Shown: positions 1 through 12,103 of the stretch, in pieces
How positions within the stretch are numbered: position 1 is the stretch's first letter
Layout of the letters: every line of letters begins with the position of its first letter
Assembly (NCBI RefSeq): GCF_046105845.1
Contig: NZ_CP151004.1
Direction: 5' to 3' (one strand)
Source of the DNA: Escherichia coli
Lineage (GTDB): Bacteria; Pseudomonadota; Gammaproteobacteria; Enterobacterales; Enterobacteriaceae
DNA length: 64,000 nt
Notes under the pieces: generated by a model
Database searches by the model: none
Seen by the model: only the letters and a program-made list of their open reading frames with translations
What the model was told of the DNA's origin: nothing
Position numbers and translations under genes: made by a program

Positions 1-1487
1 ATCGTAACCGCGACATCATGCTGAAGGTGGCGCTGGCAGAAAACGACCTGCACGTACCGACCTTCACCAAACTGTTCCCGAACGCTAACTGGTATGAGCG
101 TGAAACCTGGGATCTGTTTGGCATTACTTTCGACGGTCACCCGAACCTGCGCCGCATCATGATGCCGCAAACCTGGAAAGGTCATCCGCTGCGTAAAGAT
201 TACCCGGCGCGCGCTACCGAATTCTCGCCGTTTGAGCTGACCAAAGCCAAACAGGATCTGGAAATGGAAGCCCTGACCTTCAAACCGGAAGAGTGGGGGA
301 TGAAGCGCGGCACCGAAAACGAGGACTTCATGTTCCTCAACCTCGGTCCGAACCACCCGTCGGCGCACGGGGCTTTCCGTATCGTTTTACAACTCGATGG
401 CGAAGAGATTGTCGACTGCGTACCAGACATCGGTTACCACCACCGTGGTGCAGAGAAAATGGGCGAACGCCAGTCCTGGCACAGCTACATTCCTTATACC
501 GACCGTATCGAATACCTCGGCGGCTGCGTTAACGAAATGCCTTACGTGCTGGCGGTAGAGAAACTGGCCGGGATCACCGTGCCGGATCGCGTTAACGTCA
601 TTCGCGTAATGCTCTCCGAACTGTTCCGCATCAACAGCCACCTGCTGTATATCTCGACCTTTATTCAGGACGTCGGCGCGATGACGCCAGTGTTCTTCGC
701 CTTTACCGATCGTCAGAAAATTTACGATCTGGTGGAAGCAATCACTGGTTTTCGTATGCACCCGGCGTGGTTCCGTATTGGCGGCGTAGCGCACGACCTG
801 CCGCGTGGCTGGGATCGCCTGCTGCGTGAGTTCCTCGACTGGATGCCGAAACGTCTGGCGTCTTACGAGAAAGCGGCGCTGCAAAATACTATTCTGAAAG
901 GTCGTTCCCAGGGCGTTGCCGCCTATGGCGCGAAAGAGGCACTGGAGTGGGGCACCACTGGCGCGGGCCTGCGTGCTACCGGGATCGACTTCGACGTGCG
1001 TAAGGCGCGTCCGTATTCTGGCTATGAAAACTTCGACTTTGAAATCCCGGTGGGTGGTGGTGTTTCTGACTGCTACACCCGCGTAATGCTGAAAGTGGAA
1101 GAGCTGCGCCAGAGTCTGCGCATTCTTGAGCAGTGCCTCAACAACATGCCGGAAGGCCCGTTCAAAGCGGATCACCCGCTGACCACGCCGCCGCCGAAAG
1201 AGCGCACGCTGCAACATATCGAAACCCTGATCACCCACTTCCTGCAAGTGTCGTGGGGTCCGGTGATGCCTGCCAATGAATCCTTCCAGATGATTGAGGC
1301 GACCAAAGGGATCAACAGTTACTACCTGACCAGCGACGGTAGCACCATGAGTTATCGCACTCGTATCCGCACGCCGAGTTATGCGCATTTGCAGCAAATT
1401 CCGGCGGCGATCCGCGGCAGCCTGGTGTCTGACCTGATTGTTTATCTGGGCAGTATCGATTTTGTTATGTCAGATGTGGACCGCTAA
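1..1487 (+). CDS. nuoC: NADH-quinone oxidoreductase subunit C/D (fused NuoCD), 5'-truncated by window edge
   Basis: ORF 18..1487 in frame to window start; translation matches NuoD-type 49 kDa subunit ([23 protein letters not shown]); followed by nuoE-N in canonical order. Confidence 0.95.
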
Positions 1488-1489
1488 TT

Positions 1490-1990
1490 ATGCACGAGAA
1501 TCAACAACCACAAACCGAGGCTTTTGAGCTGAGTGCGGCAGAGCGTGAAGCGATTGAGCACGAGATGCACCACTACGAAGACCCGCGTGCGGCGTCCATT
1601 GAAGCGCTGAAAATCGTTCAGAAGCAGCGTGGCTGGGTGCCGGATGGCGCGATCCACGCGATCGCCGATGTGCTGGGTATTCCGGCGAGCGACGTCGAAG
1701 GCGTGGCAACGTTCTATAGCCAGATCTTCCGCCAGCCGGTTGGTCGCCATGTGATCCGTTATTGCGACAGCGTGGTCTGTCACATCAACGGTTACCAGGG
1801 TATTCAGGCGGCGCTGGAGAAAAAGCTGAACATCAAACCAGGGCAAACGACATTTGATGGCCGCTTTACGCTGCTGCCAACTTGCTGCCTGGGGAACTGC
1901 GACAAAGGGCCAAACATGATGATCGATGAGGACACTCACGCGCATCTGACCCCGGAAGCGATTCCTGAACTGCTGGAGCGGTATAAATGA
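1490..1990 (+). CDS. nuoE: NADH-quinone oxidoreductase subunit E (2Fe-2S)
   Basis: 166 aa; Cys motifs CDSVVCH and [14 protein letters not shown]; position in nuo operon. Confidence 0.95.
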
Positions 1991-3324
1991 AAAACATTAT
2001 CCGAACTCCCGAAACGCATCCGCTGACCTGGCGTCTGCGCGATGACAAACAGCCAGTGTGGCTGGACGAATACCGCAGCAAAAACGGTTACGAAGGCGCG
2101 CGTAAGGCGCTGACCGGGCTGTCTCCGGACGAAATCGTTAATCAGGTAAAAGACGCTGGTCTGAAAGGGCGCGGCGGCGCGGGCTTCTCGACTGGCCTGA
2201 AATGGAGCCTGATGCCGAAAGACGAATCCATGAACATCCGTTACCTGCTGTGTAACGCGGATGAAATGGAGCCGGGCACCTATAAAGACCGCCTGCTGAT
2301 GGAGCAACTGCCGCACCTGCTGGTGGAAGGTATGCTTATCTCCGCGTTTGCGCTGAAAGCGTACCGTGGCTACATCTTCCTGCGTGGCGAGTATATCGAA
2401 GCGGCAGTGAATCTGCGCCGTGCCATTGCCGAAGCCACCGAAGCGGGTCTGCTTGGCAAAAACATTATGGGAACAGGTTTCGACTTCGAATTGTTCGTCC
2501 ATACAGGGGCTGGGCGCTACATCTGCGGTGAAGAAACAGCGTTAATCAACTCCCTGGAAGGGCGTCGCGCTAACCCACGCTCGAAGCCTCCATTCCCGGC
2601 AACCTCCGGTGCATGGGGCAAACCGACCTGTGTCAATAACGTCGAAACCCTGTGTAACGTTCCGGCGATCCTCGCTAACGGCGTGGAGTGGTATCAGAAC
2701 ATCTCGAAAAGTAAAGATGCTGGCACCAAGCTGATGGGCTTCTCCGGTCGGGTGAAAAATCCGGGCCTGTGGGAACTGCCATTCGGCACCACCGCACGCG
2801 AGATCCTCGAAGATTACGCCGGTGGTATGCGTGACGGTCTGAAATTCAAAGCCTGGCAGCCAGGCGGTGCTGGTACTGACTTCCTGACTGAAGCGCACCT
2901 TGACCTGCCGATGGAATTCGAAAGTATCGGTAAAGCGGGAAGCCGTCTGGGTACGGCGCTGGCGATGGCGGTTGACCATGAGATCAACATGGTGTCGCTG
3001 GTGCGTAACCTGGAAGAGTTTTTCGCCCGTGAGTCCTGCGGCTGGTGTACGCCGTGCCGTGACGGTCTGCCGTGGAGCGTGAAAATTCTGCGCGCGCTGG
3101 AACGTGGCGAAGGTCAACCGGGCGATATCGAAACACTTGAGCAACTGTGTCGATTCTTAGGCCCGGGTAAAACTTTCTGTGCCCACGCACCTGGTGCAGT
3201 GGAGCCGTTACAGAGCGCCATCAAATATTTCCGCGAAGAATTTGAGGCGGGAATCAAACAGCCGTTCAGCAATACCCATTTGATTAATGGGATTCAGCCG
3301 AACCTGCTGAAAGAGCGCTGGTAA
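1987..3324 (+). CDS. nuoF: NADH-quinone oxidoreductase subunit F (NADH/FMN binding, 4Fe-4S)
   Basis: 445 aa; [10 protein letters not shown] and [12 protein letters not shown] motifs; ATGA overlap with nuoE. Confidence 0.95.
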   Translation: MKNIIRTPETHPLTWRLRDDKQPVWLDEYRSKNGYEGARKALTGLSPDEIVNQVKDAGLKGRGGAGFSTGLKWSLMPKDESMNIRYLLCNADEMEPGTYKDRLLMEQLPHLLVEGMLISAFALKAYRGYIFLRGEYIEAAVNLRRAIAEATEAGLLGKNIMGTGFDFELFVHTGAGRYICGEETALINSLEGRRANPRSKPPFPATSGAWGKPTCVNNVETLCNVPAILANGVEWYQNISKSKDAGTKLMGFSGRVKNPGLWELPFGTTAREILEDYAGGMRDGLKFKAWQPGGAGTDFLTEAHLDLPMEFESIGKAGSRLGTALAMAVDHEINMVSLVRNLEEFFARESCGWCTPCRDGLPWSVKILRALERGEGQPGDIETLEQLCRFLGPGKTFCAHAPGAVEPLQSAIKYFREEFEAGIKQPFSNTHLINGIQPNLLKERW

Positions 3325-3376
3325 CCGAATTTCGATTAACGCTCAGTCTCTGACTGAGAAAACTGGAAGCATGCTA

Positions 3377-6103
3377 ATGGCTACAATTCATGTAGACGGC
3401 AAAGAATACGAGGTCAACGGAGCGGACAACCTGCTGGAAGCTTGTCTGTCTCTGGGCCTTGATATTCCTTACTTTTGCTGGCATCCGGCGCTGGGAAGCG
3501 TCGGTGCTTGCCGCCAGTGTGCGGTGAAGCAATACCAAAACGCGGAAGACACGCGTGGTCGCCTGGTGATGTCCTGTATGACACCGGCTTCCGATGGCAC
3601 CTTTATTTCCATTGACGACGAAGAAGCGAAACAGTTCCGTGAAAGTGTGGTCGAGTGGTTAATGACCAACCACCCGCACGACTGTCCGGTATGTGAAGAG
3701 GGCGGTAACTGCCATCTTCAGGATATGACTGTGATGACCGGACACAGCTTCCGTCGCTACCGTTTCACCAAACGTACCCACCGTAATCAGGATTTGGGGC
3801 CATTCATCTCTCACGAAATGAACCGCTGCATCGCCTGCTACCGCTGCGTGCGTTACTACAAAGATTACGCTGACGGCACGGACCTGGGCGTTTACGGTGC
3901 GCACGACAACGTCTACTTCGGTCGCCCGGAAGACGGCACGCTGGAAAGCGAATTTTCCGGTAACCTGGTCGAAATTTGCCCGACCGGCGTATTCACCGAC
4001 AAAACGCACTCCGAGCGTTACAACCGTAAATGGGATATGCAGTTTGCGCCGAGCATCTGCCAGCAATGTTCCATCGGCTGTAACATCAGCCCCGGCGAGC
4101 GTTATGGCGAACTGCGTCGTATCGAAAACCGTTACAACGGTACGGTAAACCACTACTTCCTCTGCGACCGTGGTCGTTTCGGTTACGGTTACGTCAACCT
4201 GAAAGATCGTCCGCGTCAGCCAGTACAGCGTCGTGGCGATGATTTCATTACCCTCAACGCCGAACAGGCAATGCAGGGCGCGGCAGATATTCTGCGTCAG
4301 TCGAAGAAAGTGATCGGCATTGGTTCTCCGCGTGCCAGCGTGGAAAGCAACTTTGCGCTGCGTGAGCTGGTGGGCGAAGAAAACTTCTACACCGGTATCG
4401 CTCACGGTGAGCAGGAACGTCTGCAACTGGCGCTGAAAGTGCTGCGTGAAGGCGGCATTTATACGCCGGCACTGCGCGAAATCGAATCTTACGATGCGGT
4501 ACTGGTGCTGGGCGAAGACGTTACCCAGACCGGCGCGCGCGTCGCGCTGGCAGTTCGTCAGGCGGTGAAAGGTAAAGCACGCGAAATGGCGGCAGCACAG
4601 AAAGTGGCTGACTGGCAAATTGCGGCAATCCTCAACATCGGCCAACGTGCGAAGCATCCGCTGTTTGTTACCAACGTTGATGACACCCGTCTGGATGATA
4701 TCGCGGCGTGGACTTACCGCGCACCGGTTGAAGATCAGGCGCGTTTAGGTTTTGCCATCGCTCATGCGCTGGACAACTCCGCACCAGCGGTTGACGGTAT
4801 CGAACCTGAGCTGCAAAGCAAAATCGACGTCATCGTGCAGGCTCTGGCGGGTGCGAAGAAACCGTTGATTATCTCCGGGACGAACGCCGGTAGCGCTGAA
4901 GTGATTCAGGCTGCGGCTAACGTGGCGAAAGCCCTGAAAGGTCGCGGCGCTAACGTCGGTATCACCATGATTGCCCGTTCCGTCAACAGCATGGGGCTGG
5001 GCATTATGGGCGGTGGATCGCTTGAAGAAGCGTTAACCGAACTGGAAACCGGACGCGCCGATGCGGTGGTGGTGCTGGAAAACGATCTGCATCGTCACGC
5101 TTCCGCTACCCGCGTGAATGCTGCGCTGGCGAAAGCGCCGCTGGTGATGGTGGTTGACCATCAACGCACAGCGATTATGGAAAACGCCCATCTGGTACTT
5201 TCCGCCGCCAGCTTTGCTGAAAGCGACGGTACGGTAATTAATAATGAAGGTCGCGCCCAACGTTTCTTCCAGGTTTACGATCCGGCTTATTACGACAGCA
5301 AAACTGTCATGCTGGAAAGCTGGCGCTGGTTACACTCGCTGCACAGCACCCTGCTGAGCCGTGAAGTGGACTGGACGCAGCTCGACCACGTGATTGACGC
5401 TGTTGTGGCGAAAATCCCGGAACTGGCAGGTATCAAAGATGCTGCGCCGGATGCGACATTCCGTATTCGTGGGCAGAAACTGGCCCGTGAGCCGCACCGT
5501 TACAGCGGTCGTACCGCCATGCGCGCCAACATCAGCGTTCATGAGCCGCGTCAGCCGCAGGATATTGACACCATGTTCACCTTCTCGATGGAAGGTAACA
5601 ACCAGCCGACCGCGCACCGTTCGCAAGTGCCGTTTGCCTGGGCACCGGGCTGGAACTCCCCGCAGGCGTGGAACAAATTCCAGGACGAAGTGGGCGGCAA
5701 ACTGCGCTTTGGCGATCCAGGTGTGCGTCTGTTTGAAACCAGCGAAAACGGTCTGGATTACTTCACCAGCGTACCGGCACGCTTCCAGCCGCAGGCAGGG
5801 AAATGGCGTATCGCGCCGTACTACCACCTGTTTGGCAGCGATGAATTGTCACAGCGTGCTCCGGTTTTCCAGAGCCGTATGCCACAGCCGTACATCAAAC
5901 TTAACCCGGCGGATGCCGCGAAGTTGGGTGTGAACGCGGGCACTCGCGTCTCCTTTAGCTACGATGGCAACACGGTCACGCTGCCGGTTGAAATCGCCGA
6001 AGGGCTGACGGCAGGGCAGGTTGGCTTGCCGATGGGTATGTCCGGCATTGCTCCGGTGCTGGCGGGCGCGCATCTTGAGGATCTCAAGGAGGCACAACAA
6101 TGA
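3377..6103 (+). CDS. nuoG: NADH-quinone oxidoreductase subunit G
   Basis: 908 aa from [11 protein letters not shown]; GGAAG RBS 7 nt upstream of ATG at 3377 (ORF track starts 6 nt earlier at 3371); N-terminal ferredoxin-like Cys clusters. Confidence 0.93.
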
Positions 6104-7077
6104 GTTGGATATCACCGGAACTGATTGAGATCCTGCTGACCATCCTCAAAGCGGTGGTGATCCTGCTGGTGGTTGTCACCTGTGGGGCATTCATGAGCTT
6201 TGGCGAACGTCGCCTGCTGGGTCTGTTCCAGAACCGTTACGGACCTAACCGTGTTGGCTGGGGCGGTTCGCTCCAGCTGGTCGCGGACATGATCAAGATG
6301 TTCTTTAAAGAAGACTGGATCCCGAAATTCTCGGATCGCGTCATCTTTACCCTGGCACCGATGATTGCCTTTACCTCGCTGCTGCTGGCCTTTGCGATTG
6401 TGCCAGTCAGCCCAGGTTGGGTGGTTGCCGACCTGAACATCGGGATTTTGTTCTTCCTGATGATGGCCGGTCTTGCGGTCTACGCGGTGCTGTTTGCGGG
6501 CTGGTCAAGTAACAACAAATACTCGCTGCTGGGTGCGATGCGTGCTTCTGCGCAGACTCTGAGCTACGAAGTGTTCCTCGGGCTTTCCCTGATGGGCGTG
6601 GTGGCGCAGGCCGGTTCATTCAACATGACCGACATCGTCAACAGCCAGGCGCATGTGTGGAACGTCATCCCGCAATTCTTTGGTTTTATTACCTTTGCCA
6701 TCGCGGGCGTGGCGGTGTGTCACCGTCACCCGTTTGACCAGCCGGAAGCCGAGCAGGAACTGGCGGATGGTTACCACATTGAATATTCCGGCATGAAGTT
6801 CGGTCTGTTCTTCGTGGGCGAATACATCGGGATTGTGACCATCTCTGCACTGATGGTGACGCTGTTCTTCGGTGGCTGGCAAGGCCCGTTGTTACCGCCA
6901 TTCATCTGGTTCGCGCTGAAAACCGCGTTCTTTATGATGATGTTCATTTTGATTCGTGCGTCGTTACCGCGTCCGCGTTATGACCAGGTAATGTCCTTCG
7001 GCTGGAAAATCTGCCTGCCGCTGACGCTGATCAACTTGCTGGTAACGGCGGCTGTCATTCTCTGGCAGGCGCAATAA
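6100..7077 (+). CDS. nuoH: NADH-quinone oxidoreductase subunit H (membrane)
   Basis: 325 aa polytopic membrane protein; overlaps nuoG stop by 4 nt. Confidence 0.95.
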
Positions 7078-7091
7078 GGGGCAATAAGACC

Positions 7092-7634
7092 ATGACCTTA
7101 AAAGAATTGTTAGTAGGTTTCGGCACCCAGATTCGTAGTATCTGGATGATCGGCCTGCACGCGTTCGCCAAACGCGAAACGCGAATGTACCCGGAAGAGC
7201 CGGTCTATCTGCCGCCCCGTTATCGTGGTCGTATCGTTCTGACCCGCGACCCGGACGGCGAAGAGCGTTGCGTAGCCTGTAACCTCTGTGCGGTAGCCTG
7301 CCCGGTCGGCTGTATCTCGCTGCAAAAAGCAGAAACCAAAGACGGTCGCTGGTATCCGGAATTTTTCCGCATCAACTTCTCACGCTGCATTTTCTGTGGC
7401 CTGTGCGAAGAAGCCTGTCCGACCACGGCGATTCAGTTAACCCCGGATTTCGAAATGGGGGAATACAAGCGCCAGGATCTGGTTTACGAGAAAGAGGATC
7501 TGCTGATCTCCGGTCCGGGCAAATACCCGGAATATAACTTCTACCGGATGGCAGGTATGGCAATCGACGGCAAAGATAAGGGCGAAGCAGAGAACGAAGC
7601 CAAGCCTATCGACGTCAAGAGCCTGTTACCGTAA
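7092..7634 (+). CDS. nuoI: NADH-quinone oxidoreductase subunit I (2x4Fe-4S ferredoxin)
   Basis: 180 aa; [12 protein letters not shown] and [12 protein letters not shown] motifs. Confidence 0.95.
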   Translation: MTLKELLVGFGTQIRSIWMIGLHAFAKRETRMYPEEPVYLPPRYRGRIVLTRDPDGEERCVACNLCAVACPVGCISLQKAETKDGRWYPEFFRINFSRCIFCGLCEEACPTTAIQLTPDFEMGEYKRQDLVYEKEDLLISGPGKYPEYNFYRMAGMAIDGKDKGEAENEAKPIDVKSLLP

Positions 7635-7645
7635 GGAGAGGGGCA

Positions 7646-8200
7646 ATGGAGTTCGCTTTTTATATCTGTGGCCTGATAGCCATACTTGCGACCTTGCGAG
7701 TGATCACCCATACCAATCCGGTACACGCACTGCTGTACCTGATTATTTCGCTGCTGGCGATCTCTGGGGTGTTCTTCTCACTGGGCGCTTACTTTGCCGG
7801 TGCGCTGGAAATTATCGTCTACGCGGGTGCCATTATGGTGCTGTTCGTGTTCGTGGTGATGATGCTCAACCTGGGCGGTTCAGAAATTGAACAGGAACGC
7901 CAGTGGCTGAAACCGCAGGTGTGGATTGGTCCGGCGATTTTGTCGGCCATCATGCTGGTGGTGATTGTTTACGCCATTCTCGGTGTTAACGATCAAGGTA
8001 TCGACGGTACGCCAATCAGTGCTAAAGCAGTGGGTATTACGCTGTTCGGGCCTTACGTACTGGCGGTGGAACTGGCTTCTATGCTGCTGCTCGCGGGTCT
8101 GGTTGTGGCCTTCCACGTCGGTCGTGAAGAGCGTGCGGGTGAAGTGCTGAGCAATCGTAAAGACGACAGCGCGAAAAGAAAAACGGAGGAGCACGCATGA
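7646..8200 (+). CDS. nuoJ: NADH-quinone oxidoreductase subunit J
   Basis: 184 aa hydrophobic protein, operon position. Confidence 0.95.
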
Positions 8201-8499
8201 TCCCCTTACAACATGGACTGATCCTCGCGGCAATCTTATTCGTTCTTGGCTTAACTGGTCTGGTTATCCGTCGCAATCTGCTGTTTATGCTGATTGGTCT
8301 GGAAATCATGATTAACGCCTCTGCGCTGGCCTTTGTGGTCGCCGGAAGCTACTGGGGCCAGACCGACGGTCAGGTGATGTATATTCTCGCCATCAGCCTC
8401 GCGGCGGCAGAAGCGAGTATCGGCCTAGCGCTGCTGCTGCAACTTCACCGTCGTCGCCAGAACCTGAACATCGATTCAGTAAGTGAGATGCGCGGATGA
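8197..8499 (+). CDS. nuoK: NADH-quinone oxidoreductase subunit K
   Basis: 100 aa, 3 TM segments, overlaps nuoJ stop. Confidence 0.95.
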
Positions 8500-10337
8500 A
8501 TATGCTTGCCTTAACCATTATTTTGCCATTGATTGGCTTTGTCCTGCTGGCGTTCTCCCGTGGGCGCTGGTCTGAAAACGTCTCGGCGATCGTTGGCGTT
8601 GGCTCTGTAGGCCTGGCGGCACTGGTAACTGCCTTTATTGGCGTCGACTTCTTCGCTAACGGCGAGCAGGCATACAGCCAGCCGCTGTGGACATGGATGT
8701 CGGTAGGCGACTTTAACATCGGTTTTAACCTGGTGCTGGACGGCCTGTCGCTGACCATGCTCTCGGTGGTTACTGGTGTGGGTTTCCTTATTCACATGTA
8801 CGCCTCCTGGTATATGCGCGGTGAAGAGGGCTACTCTCGCTTCTTCGCTTACACCAACCTGTTCATCGCCAGCATGGTAGTTCTGGTGCTTGCCGACAAC
8901 CTGCTGCTGATGTACCTCGGCTGGGAAGGCGTGGGCCTGTGCTCCTATCTGCTGATCGGTTTCTATTACACCGATCCGAAGAATGGCGCAGCGGCAATGA
9001 AAGCGTTCGTCGTGACCCGTGTGGGTGACGTCTTCCTCGCTTTCGCGCTGTTCATTCTTTACAACGAACTGGGCACCCTGAACTTCCGCGAAATGGTGGA
9101 ACTGGCACCAGCGCACTTTGCTGACGGCAATAACATGCTGATGTGGGCGACGCTGATGCTGCTGGGCGGTGCGGTCGGTAAATCTGCGCAGTTGCCGTTG
9201 CAGACATGGCTTGCCGACGCGATGGCGGGCCCGACGCCTGTCTCCGCGCTGATCCACGCCGCAACGATGGTAACCGCGGGTGTCTACCTGATCGCCCGTA
9301 CCCACGGCCTGTTCCTGATGACGCCGGAAGTTCTGCATCTGGTGGGCATTGTTGGGGCGGTTACGCTGCTGCTGGCCGGTTTTGCGGCGCTGGTACAGAC
9401 CGACATCAAACGTGTTCTCGCTTACTCTACCATGAGCCAGATTGGCTACATGTTCCTCGCGCTTGGCGTACAGGCATGGGATGCGGCGATTTTCCACTTG
9501 ATGACTCACGCGTTCTTTAAAGCGCTGCTGTTCCTGGCATCCGGTTCCGTCATTCTGGCCTGCCATCACGAACAGAACATCTTCAAGATGGGCGGTCTGC
9601 GTAAATCTATTCCGCTGGTTTATCTCTGCTTCCTGGTGGGCGGCGCAGCACTGTCGGCACTGCCGCTGGTCACTGCGGGCTTCTTCAGTAAGGATGAGAT
9701 CCTCGCGGGTGCGATGGCGAATGGTCATATCAATCTGATGGTGGCTGGTCTGGTCGGTGCGTTTATGACCTCGCTCTACACCTTCCGTATGATTTTCATC
9801 GTCTTCCACGGAAAAGAACAAATTCACGCTCACGCCGTGAAAGGGGTAACTCACAGCCTGCCGCTGATTGTGCTGCTGATCCTTTCCACCTTCGTTGGCG
9901 CACTGATTGTACCGCCGCTGCAGGGCGTGCTTCCGCAAACGACGGTGCTGGCGCACGGCAGCATGTTGACCCTGGAAATTACCTCTGGTGTGGTCGCGGT
10001 GGTCGGCATTCTGCTGGCAGCCTGGCTGTGGCTGGGTAAACGTACTCTGGTGACCTCCATCGCCAACAGTGCGCCGGGCCGTCTGCTGGGCACCTGGTGG
10101 TACAACGCCTGGGGCTTTGACTGGCTGTACGACAAAGTGTTCGTCAAGCCGTTCCTGGGTATTGCCTGGTTGCTGAAACGCGATCCGCTGAACTCAATGA
10201 TGAACATCCCGGCTGTCCTTTCCCGCTTTGCAGGTAAAGGTCTGCTGTTAAGCGAGAACGGTTATCTGCGCTGGTATGTGGCATCCATGAGCATCGGTGC
10301 GGTCGTGGTGCTGGCACTGTTGATGGTACTGCGTTGA
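8496..10337 (+). CDS. nuoL: NADH-quinone oxidoreductase subunit L (antiporter-like)
   Basis: 613 aa polytopic membrane protein. Confidence 0.95.
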
Positions 10338-10471
10338 GTTGTTGGCTGAGTGAATATACCCGGCGTTGCGCCGGGTCTGTGAACTAAGAATAAATTTTAG
10401 GTAACTGTTCCTGAAGTACAGGCGTCATCGGCGAAGTCAGACCGGATACCGCCAGCGCACAGCAACCGGAG

Positions 10472-10485
10472 CGTACTTAAGTACG
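10472..10485. other. Perfect 14-bp palindrome CGTACTTAAGTACG inside the 230-bp nuoL-nuoM spacer
   Basis: Read directly from sequence; a separate GC hairpin CCCGGCG-TTG-CGCCGGG lies at about 10361-10377. Confidence 0.5.
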
Positions 10486-10567
10486 TGAGGATTGCGAGCA
10501 CTGCCGGGATTCGGGCTGGCGAGTGAGATAGCCTGAGCAGGAGTAAATATAAGGGACATACTTAGCT

Positions 10568-12097
10568 ATGTTATTACCCTGGTTAATACTAATCCCCTTT
10601 ATTGGCGGCTTCCTGTGCTGGCAGACCGAACGCTTTGGCGTCAAGGTGCCGCGCTGGATCGCGCTGATCACCATGGGATTGACGCTGGCGCTGTCGCTGC
10701 AACTGTGGTTGCAGGGCGGTTATTCACTGACGCAATCCGCCGGAATTCCGCAGTGGCAGTCTGAATTCGACATGCCGTGGATCCCGCGTTTTGGTATCTC
10801 TATCCATCTCGCCATTGACGGGCTATCGCTGCTGATGGTCGTGCTGACCGGTCTGCTCGGTGTGCTGGCGGTACTCTGTTCGTGGAAAGAGATCGAAAAA
10901 TATCAGGGCTTCTTCCACCTCAACCTGATGTGGATCCTGGGCGGCGTTATCGGCGTGTTCCTTGCCATCGACATGTTCCTGTTCTTCTTCTTCTGGGAAA
11001 TGATGCTGGTGCCGATGTACTTCCTGATCGCACTGTGGGGGCATAAAGCCTCTGACGGTAAAACGCGTATCACGGCGGCAACCAAGTTCTTCATTTACAC
11101 CCAGGCGAGTGGTCTGGTGATGTTGATCGCCATCCTGGCGCTGGTTTTTGTTCACTACAATGCGACTGGCGTCTGGACCTTCAACTATGAAGAGCTGCTG
11201 AATACGCCAATGTCTAACGGCGTGGAATATTTGCTGATGCTGGGCTTCTTCATCGCATTTGCGGTGAAAATGCCGGTGGTTCCGCTGCATGGCTGGCTGC
11301 CGGATGCGCACTCCCAGGCTCCGACCGCCGGTTCCGTGGACCTCGCGGGGATCTTGCTGAAAACCGCTGCTTATGGTCTGCTGCGTTTCTCCCTGCCGCT
11401 GTTCCCGAACGCGTCGGCAGAGTTCGCGCCAATCGCCATGTGGCTGGGTGTTATCGGCATCTTCTACGGTGCGTGGATGGCCTTCGCCCAGACCGATATC
11501 AAACGTCTGATCGCCTACACCTCGGTTTCCCACATGGGCTTCGTGCTGATTGCTATCTATACCGGCAGCCAGTTGGCCTACCAGGGCGCGGTAATCCAGA
11601 TGATTGCGCACGGCTTGTCGGCAGCGGGTCTGTTTATTCTCTGCGGTCAGCTTTATGAACGTATCCATACCCGCGACATGCGCATGATGGGCGGTCTGTG
11701 GAGCAAGATGAAATGGCTGCCAGCACTGTCACTGTTCTTTGCGGTGGCAACGCTTGGGATGCCTGGCACCGGTAACTTCGTCGGCGAATTTATGATTCTG
11801 TTCGGCAGCTTCCAGGTTGTCCCGGTGATTACCGTTATCTCTACCTTTGGGCTGGTCTTTGCATCTGTTTATTCGCTGGCGATGTTGCATCGCGCTTACT
11901 TCGGTAAAGCGAAAAGCCAGATTGCTAGCCAGGAACTGCCAGGGATGTCGCTGCGTGAGCTGTTTATGATCCTGTTGCTGGTGGTGCTGCTGGTACTGCT
12001 GGGCTTCTATCCGCAGCCGATTCTGGATACCTCGCACTCCGCGATTGGCAATATCCAGCAGTGGTTTGTTAATTCCGTTACTACTACAAGGCCGTAA
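10568..12097 (+). CDS. nuoM: NADH-quinone oxidoreductase subunit M (antiporter-like)
   Basis: 509 aa polytopic membrane protein. Confidence 0.95.
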   Translation: MLLPWLILIPFIGGFLCWQTERFGVKVPRWIALITMGLTLALSLQLWLQGGYSLTQSAGIPQWQSEFDMPWIPRFGISIHLAIDGLSLLMVVLTGLLGVLAVLCSWKEIEKYQGFFHLNLMWILGGVIGVFLAIDMFLFFFFWEMMLVPMYFLIALWGHKASDGKTRITAATKFFIYTQASGLVMLIAILALVFVHYNATGVWTFNYEELLNTPMSNGVEYLLMLGFFIAFAVKMPVVPLHGWLPDAHSQAPTAGSVDLAGILLKTAAYGLLRFSLPLFPNASAEFAPIAMWLGVIGIFYGAWMAFAQTDIKRLIAYTSVSHMGFVLIAIYTGSQLAYQGAVIQMIAHGLSAAGLFILCGQLYERIHTRDMRMMGGLWSKMKWLPALSLFFAVATLGMPGTGNFVGEFMILFGSFQVVPVITVISTFGLVFASVYSLAMLHRAYFGKAKSQIASQELPGMSLRELFMILLLVVLLVLLGFYPQPILDTSHSAIGNIQQWFVNSVTTTRP

Positions 12098-12103
12098 ATC
12101 GCC

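Noticed and set aside
387-1397. 336-aa ORF on the minus strand inside nuoC
   Set aside because: Antisense to a well-supported conserved gene; translation is Arg/Val/His-rich low-complexity typical of antisense frames in GC-rich coding DNA
8511-9956. 481-aa minus-strand ORF antisense to nuoL
   Set aside because: Same reasoning; Arg/Gln/His-rich, no RBS or motif, entirely within nuoL
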